Shown in pieces: positions 29,199-39,003 of a DNA stretch of 64,000 bases. Origin of the DNA: an uncultured Rhodocyclaceae bacterium (GTDB lineage Bacteria; Pseudomonadota; Gammaproteobacteria; Burkholderiales; Rhodocyclaceae); assembly GCA_964499485.1 (NCBI GenBank), contig CAZCLF010000005.1, forward strand, positions 27,335-91,334, read 5' to 3'. Within the stretch, counting starts at the first letter, position 1; each line of letters opens with the position of its first letter. The notes below the pieces were generated by a model. The model was not told the origin of the DNA. It saw only the letters and a list, made by a program, of their open reading frames with translations, and did not search any database. A program made the translations under genes and the position numbers.

Positions 29199-31289
29199 AT
29201 GACTGCCCCTCGCAAAATCCTCGTCACCAGCGCCCTGCCTTATGCCAACGGCGCCATCCACCTCGGCCATTTGGTCGAGTACATCCAGACCGATATCTGG
29301 GTACGCTTCCAGAAAATGCGAGGGCACAACTGTCATTATGTGTGCGCCGACGATACGCACGGCACGCCCATCATGCTGCGCGCTGAAAAGGAAGGCATCA
29401 CCCCGGAACAGCTGATTGCCCGCGTGCATGGCGAACACAGCCGCGATTTTGCTGGCTTCCACATCGCCTTTGACAACTACTACTCGACGCATTCGGACGA
29501 AACCCGCACTCACGCCGAAGATATCTACGCCAAGCTGCATGCCGCAGGCCTAATCGAGACCCGCGCCATCGAGCAGTTCTACGACCCGGTCAAGGAAATG
29601 TTCCTGCCGGATCGCTTCATCAAGGGCGAATGCCCGAAGTGTGGCGCCAAGGACCAATACGGCGACAACTGCGAAGTCTGCGGTGCCGCTTATGCACCAG
29701 CTGAACTCAAGAACCCCTACTCAGCGGTGTCCGGTGCCAAGCCGGAGATGCGCAACTCCGAACACTACTTCTTCAAGCTGTCCGACCCTCGCTGCCAAGC
29801 CTTCCTGCGCGAATGGACGCGTGGTGGCCAACTGCAAGCCGAGGCCGCCAACAAGATGCAGGAATGGCTGGGTGCCGACGGCGAAAACAAGCTCTCAGAC
29901 TGGGACATCTCGCGCGATGCGCCGTATTTCGGCTTCCGCATTCCCGGCGCTGATAACAAGTTCTTCTACGTGTGGCTGGATGCGCCAGTTGGCTACATGG
30001 GCTCGTTCCAGAACCTCGCCAATCGCGTCGGACTGAATTTTGACGAATACTGGCGAGACGGTTCGGAAACCGAGCTCTACCATTTCATCGGCAAGGACAT
30101 TCTCTATTTCCACGCCTTGTTCTGGCCGGCCATGCTTAAGTTCAGCGGCCACCGCACCCCCACCAATGTGTTCGCGCACGGCTTCCTGACGGTGGATGGC
30201 GCCAAGATGTCCAAGTCGCGTGGCACCTTCATCACCGCCGAGTCCTATCTCAGCACCGGCCTCAACCCGGAATGGCTGCGTTACTACTTTGCCGCCAAGC
30301 TCAACGGCAGCATGGAAGACATCGATCTCAGCCTCGACGATTTCATCGCCCGCGTGAATAGCGATCTGATCGGCAAGTACATCAATATCGCCAGCCGTTG
30401 TGCCGGCTTCCTGACTAAGGGTTTCGGCGGCAAGATTGCCTTCGATGCAGATGCTGAACTGGTCACCATGGCGCGTGCTGGTAGCGACACAATTGCCGAA
30501 TGCTACGAGCAGCGCGACTATGGCCGCGCCCTGCGCGAAATCATGGCGATCGCGGATCGCGCTAATGGCGTCATTGCCAGCGTTGCGCCTTGGACAATTG
30601 CTAAACAAGACCCGACCAGCCCAGCCCTGCAGGCCATCTGCTCCCAAGCACTTGAAGTCTTCCGCCTGCTCACCTTGTATCTGAAGCCAGTGCTACCGAA
30701 GCTGGCAGAGCAGGTCGAAAGTTTCCTCGGGATCCCCGCCCAAGGCTGGGCCGAAGTACCGGTGCATCTGACCAAGGGTCACCTGATCAATAACTACAGC
30801 CATCTGATGCAGCGCATTGACCCTAAGCAGGTTGAAGCACTGGTTGCCGCGAATCGCGATTCGCTCGCCGTAACGCCGGCCGTCGAACCTAAGAAGGAAA
30901 AGAAAGTGGAAGCCAAGCCTGAACAAGCTGCAGCAACAAGCAATGACAACGCCTTCATCAGCATCGATGACTTCATGAAGATTGATCTGCGCATCGCCAA
31001 GATCGCCAATGCCGAACATGTAGAAGGCGCAGACAAGCTCATTCGCTTGCAGCTGGATCTCGGCACGCTGGGTACGCGTCAAGTCTTTGCCGGCATCAAG
31101 TCGGCCTACGATCCAGCCCTGCTGATCGGCCGCCTCACCGTCATGGTTGCCAACCTCGCGCCGCGCAAAATGAAGTTTGGTATGAGCGAAGGCATGGTGC
31201 TGGCCGCATCGGATACCGAAGGTAATGCCAGTGGCTTGTACATCTTGTCGCCAGACTCAGGCGCAACGCCGGGCATGAAGGTCAAGTAA
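29199..31289 (+). CDS. metG: Methionyl-tRNA synthetase
   Basis: The HIGH-type motif is [16 protein letters not shown] is present, the zinc-knuckle is CPKCG...CEVCG, and there is a C-terminal tRNA-binding (EMAP-like) domain. The ATG at 29199 is preferred to the TTG at 29169. Confidence 0.95.
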   Translation: MTAPRKILVTSALPYANGAIHLGHLVEYIQTDIWVRFQKMRGHNCHYVCADDTHGTPIMLRAEKEGITPEQLIARVHGEHSRDFAGFHIAFDNYYSTHSDETRTHAEDIYAKLHAAGLIETRAIEQFYDPVKEMFLPDRFIKGECPKCGAKDQYGDNCEVCGAAYAPAELKNPYSAVSGAKPEMRNSEHYFFKLSDPRCQAFLREWTRGGQLQAEAANKMQEWLGADGENKLSDWDISRDAPYFGFRIPGADNKFFYVWLDAPVGYMGSFQNLANRVGLNFDEYWRDGSETELYHFIGKDILYFHALFWPAMLKFSGHRTPTNVFAHGFLTVDGAKMSKSRGTFITAESYLSTGLNPEWLRYYFAAKLNGSMEDIDLSLDDFIARVNSDLIGKYINIASRCAGFLTKGFGGKIAFDADAELVTMARAGSDTIAECYEQRDYGRALREIMAIADRANGVIASVAPWTIAKQDPTSPALQAICSQALEVFRLLTLYLKPVLPKLAEQVESFLGIPAQGWAEVPVHLTKGHLINNYSHLMQRIDPKQVEALVAANRDSLAVTPAVEPKKEKKVEAKPEQAAATSNDNAFISIDDFMKIDLRIAKIANAEHVEGADKLIRLQLDLGTLGTRQVFAGIKSAYDPALLIGRLTVMVANLAPRKMKFGMSEGMVLAASDTEGNASGLYILSPDSGATPGMKVK

Positions 31290-31302
31290 CAGCTCTAACC
31301 CC

Positions 31303-31325
31303 ACCCTCTCCCCGCGGGAGAGGGT
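31303..31325 (+). terminator. GC-rich hairpin after metG with no U-tract
   Basis: ACCCTCTCC-ccgcg-GGAGAGGGT begins 14 nt after the metG stop. Confidence 0.3.
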
Positions 31326-31376
31326 AACTCTGGCTCGCCAGCGTTGCAGGCTCAATGTCCTTCTTCTTCGTAGCCC

Positions 31377-31682
31377 ATGCCTAACAACCTACCTACTGCC
31401 GCTGACATTGCACGTCGTCGCCTCACCATCTCTGGCAAGGTGCAAGGCGTGTATTACCGCGCGTCAATGGTTGAGGCTGCTCAGCGATTAGGCATCGTTG
31501 GGTGGGTACGCAACTGCAGCGATGGATGCGTTGAGGCTGTGATCGCAGGCGAAAGCTCAGCTGTCGCAGCACTGATCGCCTGGGCTCGCAAAGGGCCGCC
31601 CGCGGCAGCGGTCGCCCATGTGCGGGTGGAGCTGAGCGATGAGGAGGATTTTGATCGTTTCAGCGTTGTCGAAACACGCTGA
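31377..31682 (+). CDS. acyP: Acylphosphatase
   Basis: The acylphosphatase signatures ISGKVQGVYYR and GWVRN..DG.VEAV.G are present. Confidence 0.85.
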   Translation: MPNNLPTAADIARRRLTISGKVQGVYYRASMVEAAQRLGIVGWVRNCSDGCVEAVIAGESSAVAALIAWARKGPPAAAVAHVRVELSDEEDFDRFSVVETR

Positions 31683-31693
31683 TTACGCACTGA

Positions 31694-32611
31694 TCAAAAC
31701 ACCAAGGCGTAGCTGTAGGCTGTGCCAGCGAGCGCCGCAAAGAACACGGCCAGATGTCCCCAAGCCCACCATTGGTAGCGGCTAGCAAGCTTGGCCGGTT
31801 CCAAGTTTGAGATGAGATAAAGCCGACCATCACTCGGGTAATGCATGACGTGCAAGTCGGCATTATTGCGTGCGGCCCGATGATTGGCCTCGATTTCGCG
31901 GCGTGCCGCGCTACGCGCAAGCTCCCATTCGCGCATGCTCAGCTGGCCATCCTCATCCAGATCAAAACGCTTGAGCAATTGCGGGTGGTCGCGCTTCCAC
32001 TCAGCGAGCAAATCACGAATGTCGGCATCGCGATCCAATTGCAAATCGAGTGCGGTGCGCGTGACAAACTGACCAAGCACATAGATCCGTTCTTGGCCGA
32101 GTAGCAGCCATTGCGTATAGCGCGTATCGCCCTCGGTCCAGCTGTCCTTGCGGATGGTGATGACTTCCGCGCCATCCGGATCAATCAGGCACTCACCGGT
32201 GGCATCGCGCAGCAGAAATGAAGCGTCGGAGGTTTCGCTTCGCTCATGCTGCCACTTACCGTCATTGTCCTTGTGCTCGATGATGTAGCGGTACCAGAGA
32301 CAGGGCAGTCCATTCAGCGGTGACACCAGCGGCAGCCCCTCAAGTGGTGCGCCACGGCCAATCAGCTCAACATAACCCTGCGCCGCTGTAGCCACCTGAG
32401 AGGTAGGAGTATCGCCCACGCTGCGCCAGCGTCGCAGCGCGCCCAGCCAGCCAAAGACACTGAGCACAGCAATCGCTGCAGCCACACCCAGCCAGCCTTC
32501 CGGACTCCCTATCTCGAGACCCACAAAGACAAGGGCAAGCTGCCCGCCGGATACGACAAAGCGGCCCGCCCCATCCGACAGCCGCCATGGGCCGCCCAAC
32601 GATAATTCCAT
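31694..32611 (-). CDS. GIDE-like membrane protein with an EF-hand Ca2+-binding loop, in an operon with lemA
   Basis: Two N-terminal TM segments and one C-terminal TM segment are present. The core YVELIGRG.PLEGLPLVSPLNGLPCLWYRY...SFLLRDATGECLIDPDGAEV...ERIYVLGQF matches the GIDE (PF12483-type) pattern. DLDEDGQLSMREW fits the PROSITE EF-hand loop consensus exactly. Confidence 0.6.
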   Translation of the reverse strand: MELSLGGPWRLSDGAGRFVVSGGQLALVFVGLEIGSPEGWLGVAAAIAVLSVFGWLGALRRWRSVGDTPTSQVATAAQGYVELIGRGAPLEGLPLVSPLNGLPCLWYRYIIEHKDNDGKWQHERSETSDASFLLRDATGECLIDPDGAEVITIRKDSWTEGDTRYTQWLLLGQERIYVLGQFVTRTALDLQLDRDADIRDLLAEWKRDHPQLLKRFDLDEDGQLSMREWELARSAARREIEANHRAARNNADLHVMHYPSDGRLYLISNLEPAKLASRYQWWAWGHLAVFFAALAGTAYSYALVF

Positions 32612-33184
32612 TTAGCTGAACAACGCCTTAACGTCGACGTCGGCTTTTTCGGCCGTGGAGAATTCGAGCAAGGGTTTAGCTTCGAAATGAAAGAGTTTGG
32701 CCACAATCGCATCCGGGAACTGCTCGATGCGCACGTTGTTGATGTTCACGCTCTCGTTGTAAAACTCGCGCCGGTCAGCAATCGCGTTTTCAAGCTGCGA
32801 GATACGGGTTTGTAGCTGCATGAAGTTTTCATTGGCGCGCAGCTCTGGGTAGGCTTCAGCTACTGCGAACAAACGCCCGAGCCCTTGACGCAACAAACCC
32901 TCAGCTTCGCCCAGCGCACCAATATCTTGCTGCTGTCGCGCATCGTGCACTTGGGCACGTGCCGCGATCACGCGCTCCAGCGTGCTGGCTTCAAACTGCT
33001 TGTACTGTTTGCAGACCTCCACCAGTTTGGGCAACTCATCATGGCGCTGCTTGAGCAACACGTCGATATTCGCCCAAGCCTTGGCTACGTCATGCTTGAG
33101 CTGCACCAGCCCGTTATAGACAACTACCGCGTAGATGACGACGACTGCAATAAAACCGAAAAACAGCAGGCTGCTCAGACTCAT
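32612..33184 (-). CDS. lemA: LemA family protein
   Basis: An N-terminal TM helix is followed by YNGLV.L...V..AWANIDV.LKQRHDELP.LVE, characteristic of LemA. Its stop abuts the start of the next gene. Confidence 0.88.
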   Translation of the reverse strand: MSLSSLLFFGFIAVVVIYAVVVYNGLVQLKHDVAKAWANIDVLLKQRHDELPKLVEVCKQYKQFEASTLERVIAARAQVHDARQQQDIGALGEAEGLLRQGLGRLFAVAEAYPELRANENFMQLQTRISQLENAIADRREFYNESVNINNVRIEQFPDAIVAKLFHFEAKPLLEFSTAEKADVDVKALFS

Positions 33185-33204
33185 GGAGAAACTCCCTCAG
33201 GAAA

Positions 33205-36200
33205 CTACGGATAGATGACCTTCACGTTTTCCGGCTGCAGCCACTCGCGGAGGCTAATGAGCAGCTCATCATCCAGACGGATACGCCAAGCATCGGACAA
33301 GCCCAGCTCGACTTCCGCCTCATGATTGCGATACGCAACACGCACCGGGCAAGCGCCATTACGGTACGGTGTAAGCAACGCGCGAAGACGCTCGGCGTAG
33401 CGACCTTCAATCGAGTTGCCATTCATCGAGAGCTGTAGGGCACGAGCGAAACGACCGCGCGCTTCGCCCAGCGTCATGAGCTTTTCGGCCGTAACGCGCA
33501 AGCCGCCCGAGAAATCATCATGGCTGATCTTGCCTTCGATCAGCAGCAGCTCATCTTCCTTGATCTTGGCGCGTTCCGCATCCCACAGCTCATTAAATAC
33601 GGTGACTTCGACCTGTGCAGTCGCGTCATCGAGCATGATGATGGCCATCTTGCCGCGACGCGTCATCTGCGTACGCGTGCTGTGCACAACGCCCGCCATC
33701 AACACCGGCTCGCGCGACGGCGCGAGCTGCGTGAGCGAGCGTTTGACGAAGGGAGCGAGCTCCTTGCGATACGCATTAAAGGGGTGACCTGAGTAGAAAA
33801 AGCCCAAGGCCTGCTTTTCGTTGAGCAATTGTTCACGCTCACCCCAGCGTGGCACCTTCACATATTGCGGTGCGTGCGCGTCAGCTTCACCACCCGTGTC
33901 GAACAAGCCACTTTGCAGAGCATTACGTTCAGCTTGATCCGCTGCTTCGATAGCAATGCCAACGGAGGCAAACAACTTGTGGCGATCATCATCGATTGAA
34001 TCGAACGCGCCCGCACGAATCAGGGCCTCGACCACGCGACGATTGGCAACGCGCTTATCCACGCGCCGACAGAAATCGAACAGATCCTTGAAAGGCCCTC
34101 CCTCTGCACGCGCCTTCATGATCATCGACAGCGCCGCTTCACCCGTACCCTTGATGGAACCGAGGCCATAGCGAATCGTGCTGGCATCTGCGGGCTCGAA
34201 ACGAATGGTGCCGCTGTTCACATCGGGCGGCAGGAACTTTATGTTGTTCGCCAGACAGTCCTGGTAAAAGATTTGCACCTTATCGGTGTCGGCCATTTCA
34301 GACGACATCGTGGCAGCCATGAAGGCGGCCGGATAGTAGCGCTTGAGCCAGGCGGTCTGAAACGCGACAAGTGCGTATGCGGCAGAGTGCGACTTGTTGA
34401 AGCCGTATTCGGCGAACTTCTCCATCAGGTCAAACAGCTGCGTGGCCAGCTGCGGCTCTACACCGCGCTTAGCCGCACCATCCGTAAATAGCTGACGATG
34501 CTGCGCCATTTCCTCTGGCTTTTTCTTACCCATCGCGCGGCGCAACATATCGGCGCCGCCCAGCGTGTAGCCGGCCAGAATTTGCGCGACCAGCATCACC
34601 TGTTCCTGATACACGATCACGCCATAGGTCGACTTCAGCACCGGCTCCAGATCCGGGTGGAAATACCACTCCGACTTACCGGTTCCGCTCTGCACTTGGA
34701 GCTTTTTACGATTGATGAAGTCATCCACCATGCCTGAGCCCAAGGGGCCAGGACGGTTGAGCGCCATCAACGCGATGATGTCTTCGAAGGTGTCGCCCTT
34801 CAGGCGCTTTTCCAAGTCCTTCGCCGAGCGCGATTCGGACTGAAACACTGCGGTCGTATTGCCTGCGGCAAACAGATCGTAGGTCGGTTTATCGTCAAGC
34901 GGAATGTCTTCAAGGCGGAAGTCGGCGCGCGATGGGTCCAGCTTCTTCACAAACTCGACCGCTTCGTCGAGGATGGTCAGCGTGCGCAGGCCGAGGAAGT
35001 CGAACTTCACCAAGCCCACTTTTTCGACATCGTCCTTGTCGAACTGCGACACCACCGAATCGGTGCCCTGCGCCGCGTACAAGGGACAAAAATCCGTCAG
35101 CTTGCCGGGCGAGATGAGTACGCCACCGGCGTGCATACCAACGTTACGGGTCATCCCCTCCAGCTTGGTAGCCAGCTCCCACAGCTCAGCAACTTCTTCT
35201 TCTGCTTCAATGCGAGCACCGATCTGTGGCTCTTTCTCACGCGCCTCTTCTAGGCTGATACCGATTTCATTCGGAATCAGCTTGGCAAACTGATCAACAA
35301 AGTTGAACGGCAAATCGAGCACACGGCCCACGTCGCGAATAACCGCCTTGGCGGCCATCGTGCCGAAGGTAGCAATCTGCGAGACGGCGTGATGGCCGTA
35401 TTTGTCCTTCACGTAATTGATGACGCGATCGCGGCCGTCCTGACAGAAATCGATATCGAAGTCGGGCATCGATACCCGCTCCGGATTCAAGAAGCGCTCA
35501 AACAGCAAGTCATATTCAAGCGGGTCAAGATCGGTAATACCGAGGGCATACGCTACGAGCGAGCCCGCACCGGAACCGCGGCCAGGCCCGACCGGCACGC
35601 CATTGGCCTTGGCCCAGTTAATGAAGTCCGCCACGATCAGGAAGTAACCGGGGAAGCCCATCTGCTGAATGATGCCGATCTCGAACTCAAGGCGCTCGGC
35701 ATAGCGTGGCCGCTCTGCGTCTCGCTTTGCCTCATCGGGGTAGAGCTGCGCCAACCGGACTTCCAACCGCTCGCGCGACTGGAGGGCCATGAACTCGTCG
35801 AGGGTCAGCCCATCTGGGGTAGGGAACAAAGGCAGTTTAGGCTTGCCCAGCTCAATGGAGACGCTACAACGGCGGGCTATCTCAAGGGTATTTTCCAGCG
35901 CTTCAGGGTAGTCAGAAAACAGCTCGGCCATTTCGGCCTGGGTCTTGAAATACTGTTCTTCACTGAAATTCTTAGGGCGCCGAGGATCCGCCAGCACATA
36001 ACCTTCAGCAATACAGGTCCGGGCCTCATGTGCTTTAAAGTCGTCCCGATCCATAAACTGGATGGGGTGCGTGGCGACCAATGGCAGGAACAATTCGCCT
36101 GCTAATTGGGCGCTCGCCTGAACCAATGCTTCCTGCTGTGGCGAGCCATTTTTGCCTTGCGGGCGCTGTACCTCAATATAGAAGTTGGACGGGAACATAG

Positions 36201-36687
36201 CCGCCCACTCGCGCGCACGGGCCACCGCATCGGCCCCTTTACCGGCTAGCAAAAGCTGGCCGATATCACCAAAGCCAGCGCCAGAAAGCGCAATGAGATT
36301 GCTGTTATCGCCGTTGGCCAAGGCCACATAAGGAACTTCGGCCCGAGCGCTGGCGCGATCCCCCGCATAAGCCAGCGACAAGAGATCGCAAAGACGCAGA
36401 TAACCGGCGCGGTTCTTGGCTAGCAATAACAGGCGGGAGCCGGTACCCCGGCCGTCTCCATCCACATCCGCAATCCAGACATCGCAGCCGATCAGCGGCT
36501 TGAGGCCCTTGCCGCGCATGCCTGAATAGAACTTGACCATCCCGAACAAGTTGCCCAAATCGGTCAAAGCAATGGCGGGCATGCCGTCCGTCTTGGCCCG
36601 GGCGATTGCGTCATCAAGACGCACAATGCCGTCGGTAATTGAAAACTCGCTATGCAGGCGTAGATGAACGTATCGGGCTGTACTCAT
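33205..36687 (-). CDS. dnaE: DNA polymerase III alpha subunit
   Basis: 1160 aa. The PHP domain begins FVHLRLHSEFSI.DG, and the polymerase core motifs PDFDIDF and GLLKFDFLGL-type (GLVKFDFLGLRTLT) are present. Confidence 0.97.
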   Translation of the reverse strand: MSTARYVHLRLHSEFSITDGIVRLDDAIARAKTDGMPAIALTDLGNLFGMVKFYSGMRGKGLKPLIGCDVWIADVDGDGRGTGSRLLLLAKNRAGYLRLCDLLSLAYAGDRASARAEVPYVALANGDNSNLIALSGAGFGDIGQLLLAGKGADAVARAREWAAMFPSNFYIEVQRPQGKNGSPQQEALVQASAQLAGELFLPLVATHPIQFMDRDDFKAHEARTCIAEGYVLADPRRPKNFSEEQYFKTQAEMAELFSDYPEALENTLEIARRCSVSIELGKPKLPLFPTPDGLTLDEFMALQSRERLEVRLAQLYPDEAKRDAERPRYAERLEFEIGIIQQMGFPGYFLIVADFINWAKANGVPVGPGRGSGAGSLVAYALGITDLDPLEYDLLFERFLNPERVSMPDFDIDFCQDGRDRVINYVKDKYGHHAVSQIATFGTMAAKAVIRDVGRVLDLPFNFVDQFAKLIPNEIGISLEEAREKEPQIGARIEAEEEVAELWELATKLEGMTRNVGMHAGGVLISPGKLTDFCPLYAAQGTDSVVSQFDKDDVEKVGLVKFDFLGLRTLTILDEAVEFVKKLDPSRADFRLEDIPLDDKPTYDLFAAGNTTAVFQSESRSAKDLEKRLKGDTFEDIIALMALNRPGPLGSGMVDDFINRKKLQVQSGTGKSEWYFHPDLEPVLKSTYGVIVYQEQVMLVAQILAGYTLGGADMLRRAMGKKKPEEMAQHRQLFTDGAAKRGVEPQLATQLFDLMEKFAEYGFNKSHSAAYALVAFQTAWLKRYYPAAFMAATMSSEMADTDKVQIFYQDCLANNIKFLPPDVNSGTIRFEPADASTIRYGLGSIKGTGEAALSMIMKARAEGGPFKDLFDFCRRVDKRVANRRVVEALIRAGAFDSIDDDRHKLFASVGIAIEAADQAERNALQSGLFDTGGEADAHAPQYVKVPRWGEREQLLNEKQALGFFYSGHPFNAYRKELAPFVKRSLTQLAPSREPVLMAGVVHSTRTQMTRRGKMAIIMLDDATAQVEVTVFNELWDAERAKIKEDELLLIEGKISHDDFSGGLRVTAEKLMTLGEARGRFARALQLSMNGNSIEGRYAERLRALLTPYRNGACPVRVAYRNHEAEVELGLSDAWRIRLDDELLISLREWLQPENVKVIYP

Positions 36688-37057
36688 CCGCGAATTCTAC
36701 CCTGTGCGTCTTGATGAACAGGCCATGTTTCAAGCACCGTTTCAGGTGCGCTCGTTTCGTTCTGAGTAGATCCGCATATTTTTGCCTCACGAGTAGCATG
36801 TGGATCAATTAAGAGAGCCACCTAAAAATATAAAAAATACTACCCACCTTCCCTCTGGCAGAGCACTTTTACGAAAGTCAGGTGACGTAAAACCTCCCAT
36901 CATTAGGAAACAATGACCTCTTGTGGCTCACAAATCACAAGCTACATTGATAGTTTTTGGGGACAAAGTGCACTAATAGATAATGATTCATGTATATTCA
37001 TCACCGAATCAAGAAATAGCCGGCCTACCCGAAACTCATTAACCTTCGACGACTGCC

Positions 37058-38233
37058 ATGTCATGTTTAGCATTTCCCGGTAAGCTTAAGGCACAGGTGC
37101 CTGTTAATACGGACTACATGTCTGACGCTTACTCAACCCTCAACTCCGATACCCCCCTCGCTCAATCACCTGAAGCGCTGATTCTCCATCACGCTGGTGT
37201 AATTTCCGCGCAGCGTGACCGCGCAGAACTTGAGGTCGTTGTCATCGCGGCGATCCGAGAGGTTCTTGGGGCGGCGGGTACTGAGCTTTTCCGCGTCTTC
37301 ACGCCCAAGGGTGATTGCCTTGCTGGTCTGGTTGCCGTGGCTGATGACACAGGAAGTCGCTGTCTCGATGACGGCCTATCATGGCCAGCAAATACGGCAT
37401 CAATTGAACACTTCCCTGCCCTGCACCGCAGCCTGACCTCCGGTAACAGCATTGTTGTACCAGCCAAAGTAGGGGAGCTACACGAGCAAGTCTTTCCGAT
37501 TGTGCGCGAGGGAAATGTTTTTTTTGGCTTTGCTGTTGTACGTCATCCAACAGCGCTCAACCATCAACAACAAATCCTTGTCCAAGGACTCATCCGTCTG
37601 TTTTGCAATCAGTTGCGCATGCTGGATTACAGCGAAGTCGATACTTTGACTGGGCTACTCAACCGTAAGACGTTTGACGAGTCTCTTCTGCGGATTTTGT
37701 CGAGTCTGCAACAAGGTGATGTTGTAGCGAACGGCAATGTATTGCACCTACCGCGGCGACGTCACGGTGTCGATACGGAACAAAGTCACTGGCTTGCCGT
37801 GATTGACATTGATCACTTCAAGCAGATCAACGACACCTATGGTCACTTAATCGGTGATGAGGTGCTATTGATGATCGCCAACATGATGAAATCATCATTC
37901 CGCGCCCACGACAAACTGTTCCGTTTTGGGGGGGAAGAATTCGTCGTGGTTCTAAAGCCAACGGATCTGCGTAATGCGATGATGATTTTTGAGCGGTTCC
38001 GGCGCCAGATTGAAGACTACGCCTTCCCACAAATCGGGCACCTAACGATCAGTACCGGTTTCGCGCGCATCGGCATCCATGATCTGCCGTCGGCAATTAT
38101 TGATAACGCTGACGAGGCACTTTACTGGGCAAAGAACCATGGTCGCAACCAAGTATTCAACTACGAGGACTTGGTTGCCGGCGGGCACGTACAAAAACGA
38201 AACATTGAATCCAGTAGCGTTGAGCTGTTTTAA
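37058..38233 (+). CDS. Diguanylate cyclase (GGDEF) with an uncharacterised, possibly GAF-like, N-terminal sensor region
   Basis: LTGLLNRKTF...VIDIDHFKQINDTYGH..GDEVL...FRFGGEEFVVVL shows a GGEEF active site. An RxxD I-site (RAHD) lies 5 residues upstream. The start is uncertain (37058 or the ATG at 37118). Confidence 0.85.
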   Translation: MSCLAFPGKLKAQVPVNTDYMSDAYSTLNSDTPLAQSPEALILHHAGVISAQRDRAELEVVVIAAIREVLGAAGTELFRVFTPKGDCLAGLVAVADDTGSRCLDDGLSWPANTASIEHFPALHRSLTSGNSIVVPAKVGELHEQVFPIVREGNVFFGFAVVRHPTALNHQQQILVQGLIRLFCNQLRMLDYSEVDTLTGLLNRKTFDESLLRILSSLQQGDVVANGNVLHLPRRRHGVDTEQSHWLAVIDIDHFKQINDTYGHLIGDEVLLMIANMMKSSFRAHDKLFRFGGEEFVVVLKPTDLRNAMMIFERFRRQIEDYAFPQIGHLTISTGFARIGIHDLPSAIIDNADEALYWAKNHGRNQVFNYEDLVAGGHVQKRNIESSSVELF

Positions 38234-38267
38234 GCCCTGTCATTCGCGATGATCGCGTCTGAACCGA

Positions 38268-38891
38268 TTACTTAGACGCCCATTCGATGATCGGCAGCCA
38301 CTGTGCCCAGTCTTGGCTCGCGCGACTTTCCGACAAATCAAAAATCGTCATGCCATGCGCAGCAACCTGCACGTAGTTCTGCGTATCGCGCAGATACGTC
38401 AGCACCGGCAGATCATTGTCTTGTAGGAAGCGTTCCAGCTGCGCTGCAGAGCGCGTACGCGCATCCACACGCATGCCGACCACGCCGATAAAGGCCTGAT
38501 GCTTACGAATCGCCTTTTCTTCGAGCAGCTCATCCAAAAATTCGCGCGTCGCCAAAATGTCGAAGATCGAGGGCTGCAACGGCACGATGATGCGATCAAC
38601 CTGCTTCAGCACATGGCCCAGCTGTTTGCCATGCAGGCCCGCTGGGGTGTCCAACACCACATGTGTCGTGCCTTCAGGCGGGCGCGCGGGCTTGTCGGGA
38701 TCAACATTCCAGCTGGCAATCGGGGGCAGGGCCGTGGATCGCAGTTGCAGCCATTGACGGGAGGATTGCTGGCGGTCGATATCGCCGAGCATGACCTTAT
38801 GCCCTTGCTTGGCAAAACAACCCGCCAGATTCGTCGCGATGGTGCTTTTGCCAACACCACCTTTGGGATTCGCAATCAGGAATGACTTCAC
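38268..38891 (-). CDS. ParA/MinD-like P-loop ATPase (orphan)
   Basis: The deviant Walker A is NPKGGVGKSTIATNLA. The GTG start at 38891 has a strong AAGGAGG 6 nt upstream. The track start at 38948 has no SD. Confidence 0.75.
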   Translation of the reverse strand: MKSFLIANPKGGVGKSTIATNLAGCFAKQGHKVMLGDIDRQQSSRQWLQLRSTALPPIASWNVDPDKPARPPEGTTHVVLDTPAGLHGKQLGHVLKQVDRIIVPLQPSIFDILATREFLDELLEEKAIRKHQAFIGVVGMRVDARTRSAAQLERFLQDNDLPVLTYLRDTQNYVQVAAHGMTIFDLSESRASQDWAQWLPIIEWASK

Positions 38892-39003
38892 GCTGCTCCC
38901 TCCTTGGTTGATTTCTGCGCCGATTGTATGCCAGACAGATAGCTGCAAGCCATTGAAATGGGTGTGAAAAGCCGGCTATTGCGGTCTAGTGTGACCGCAG
39001 CGA

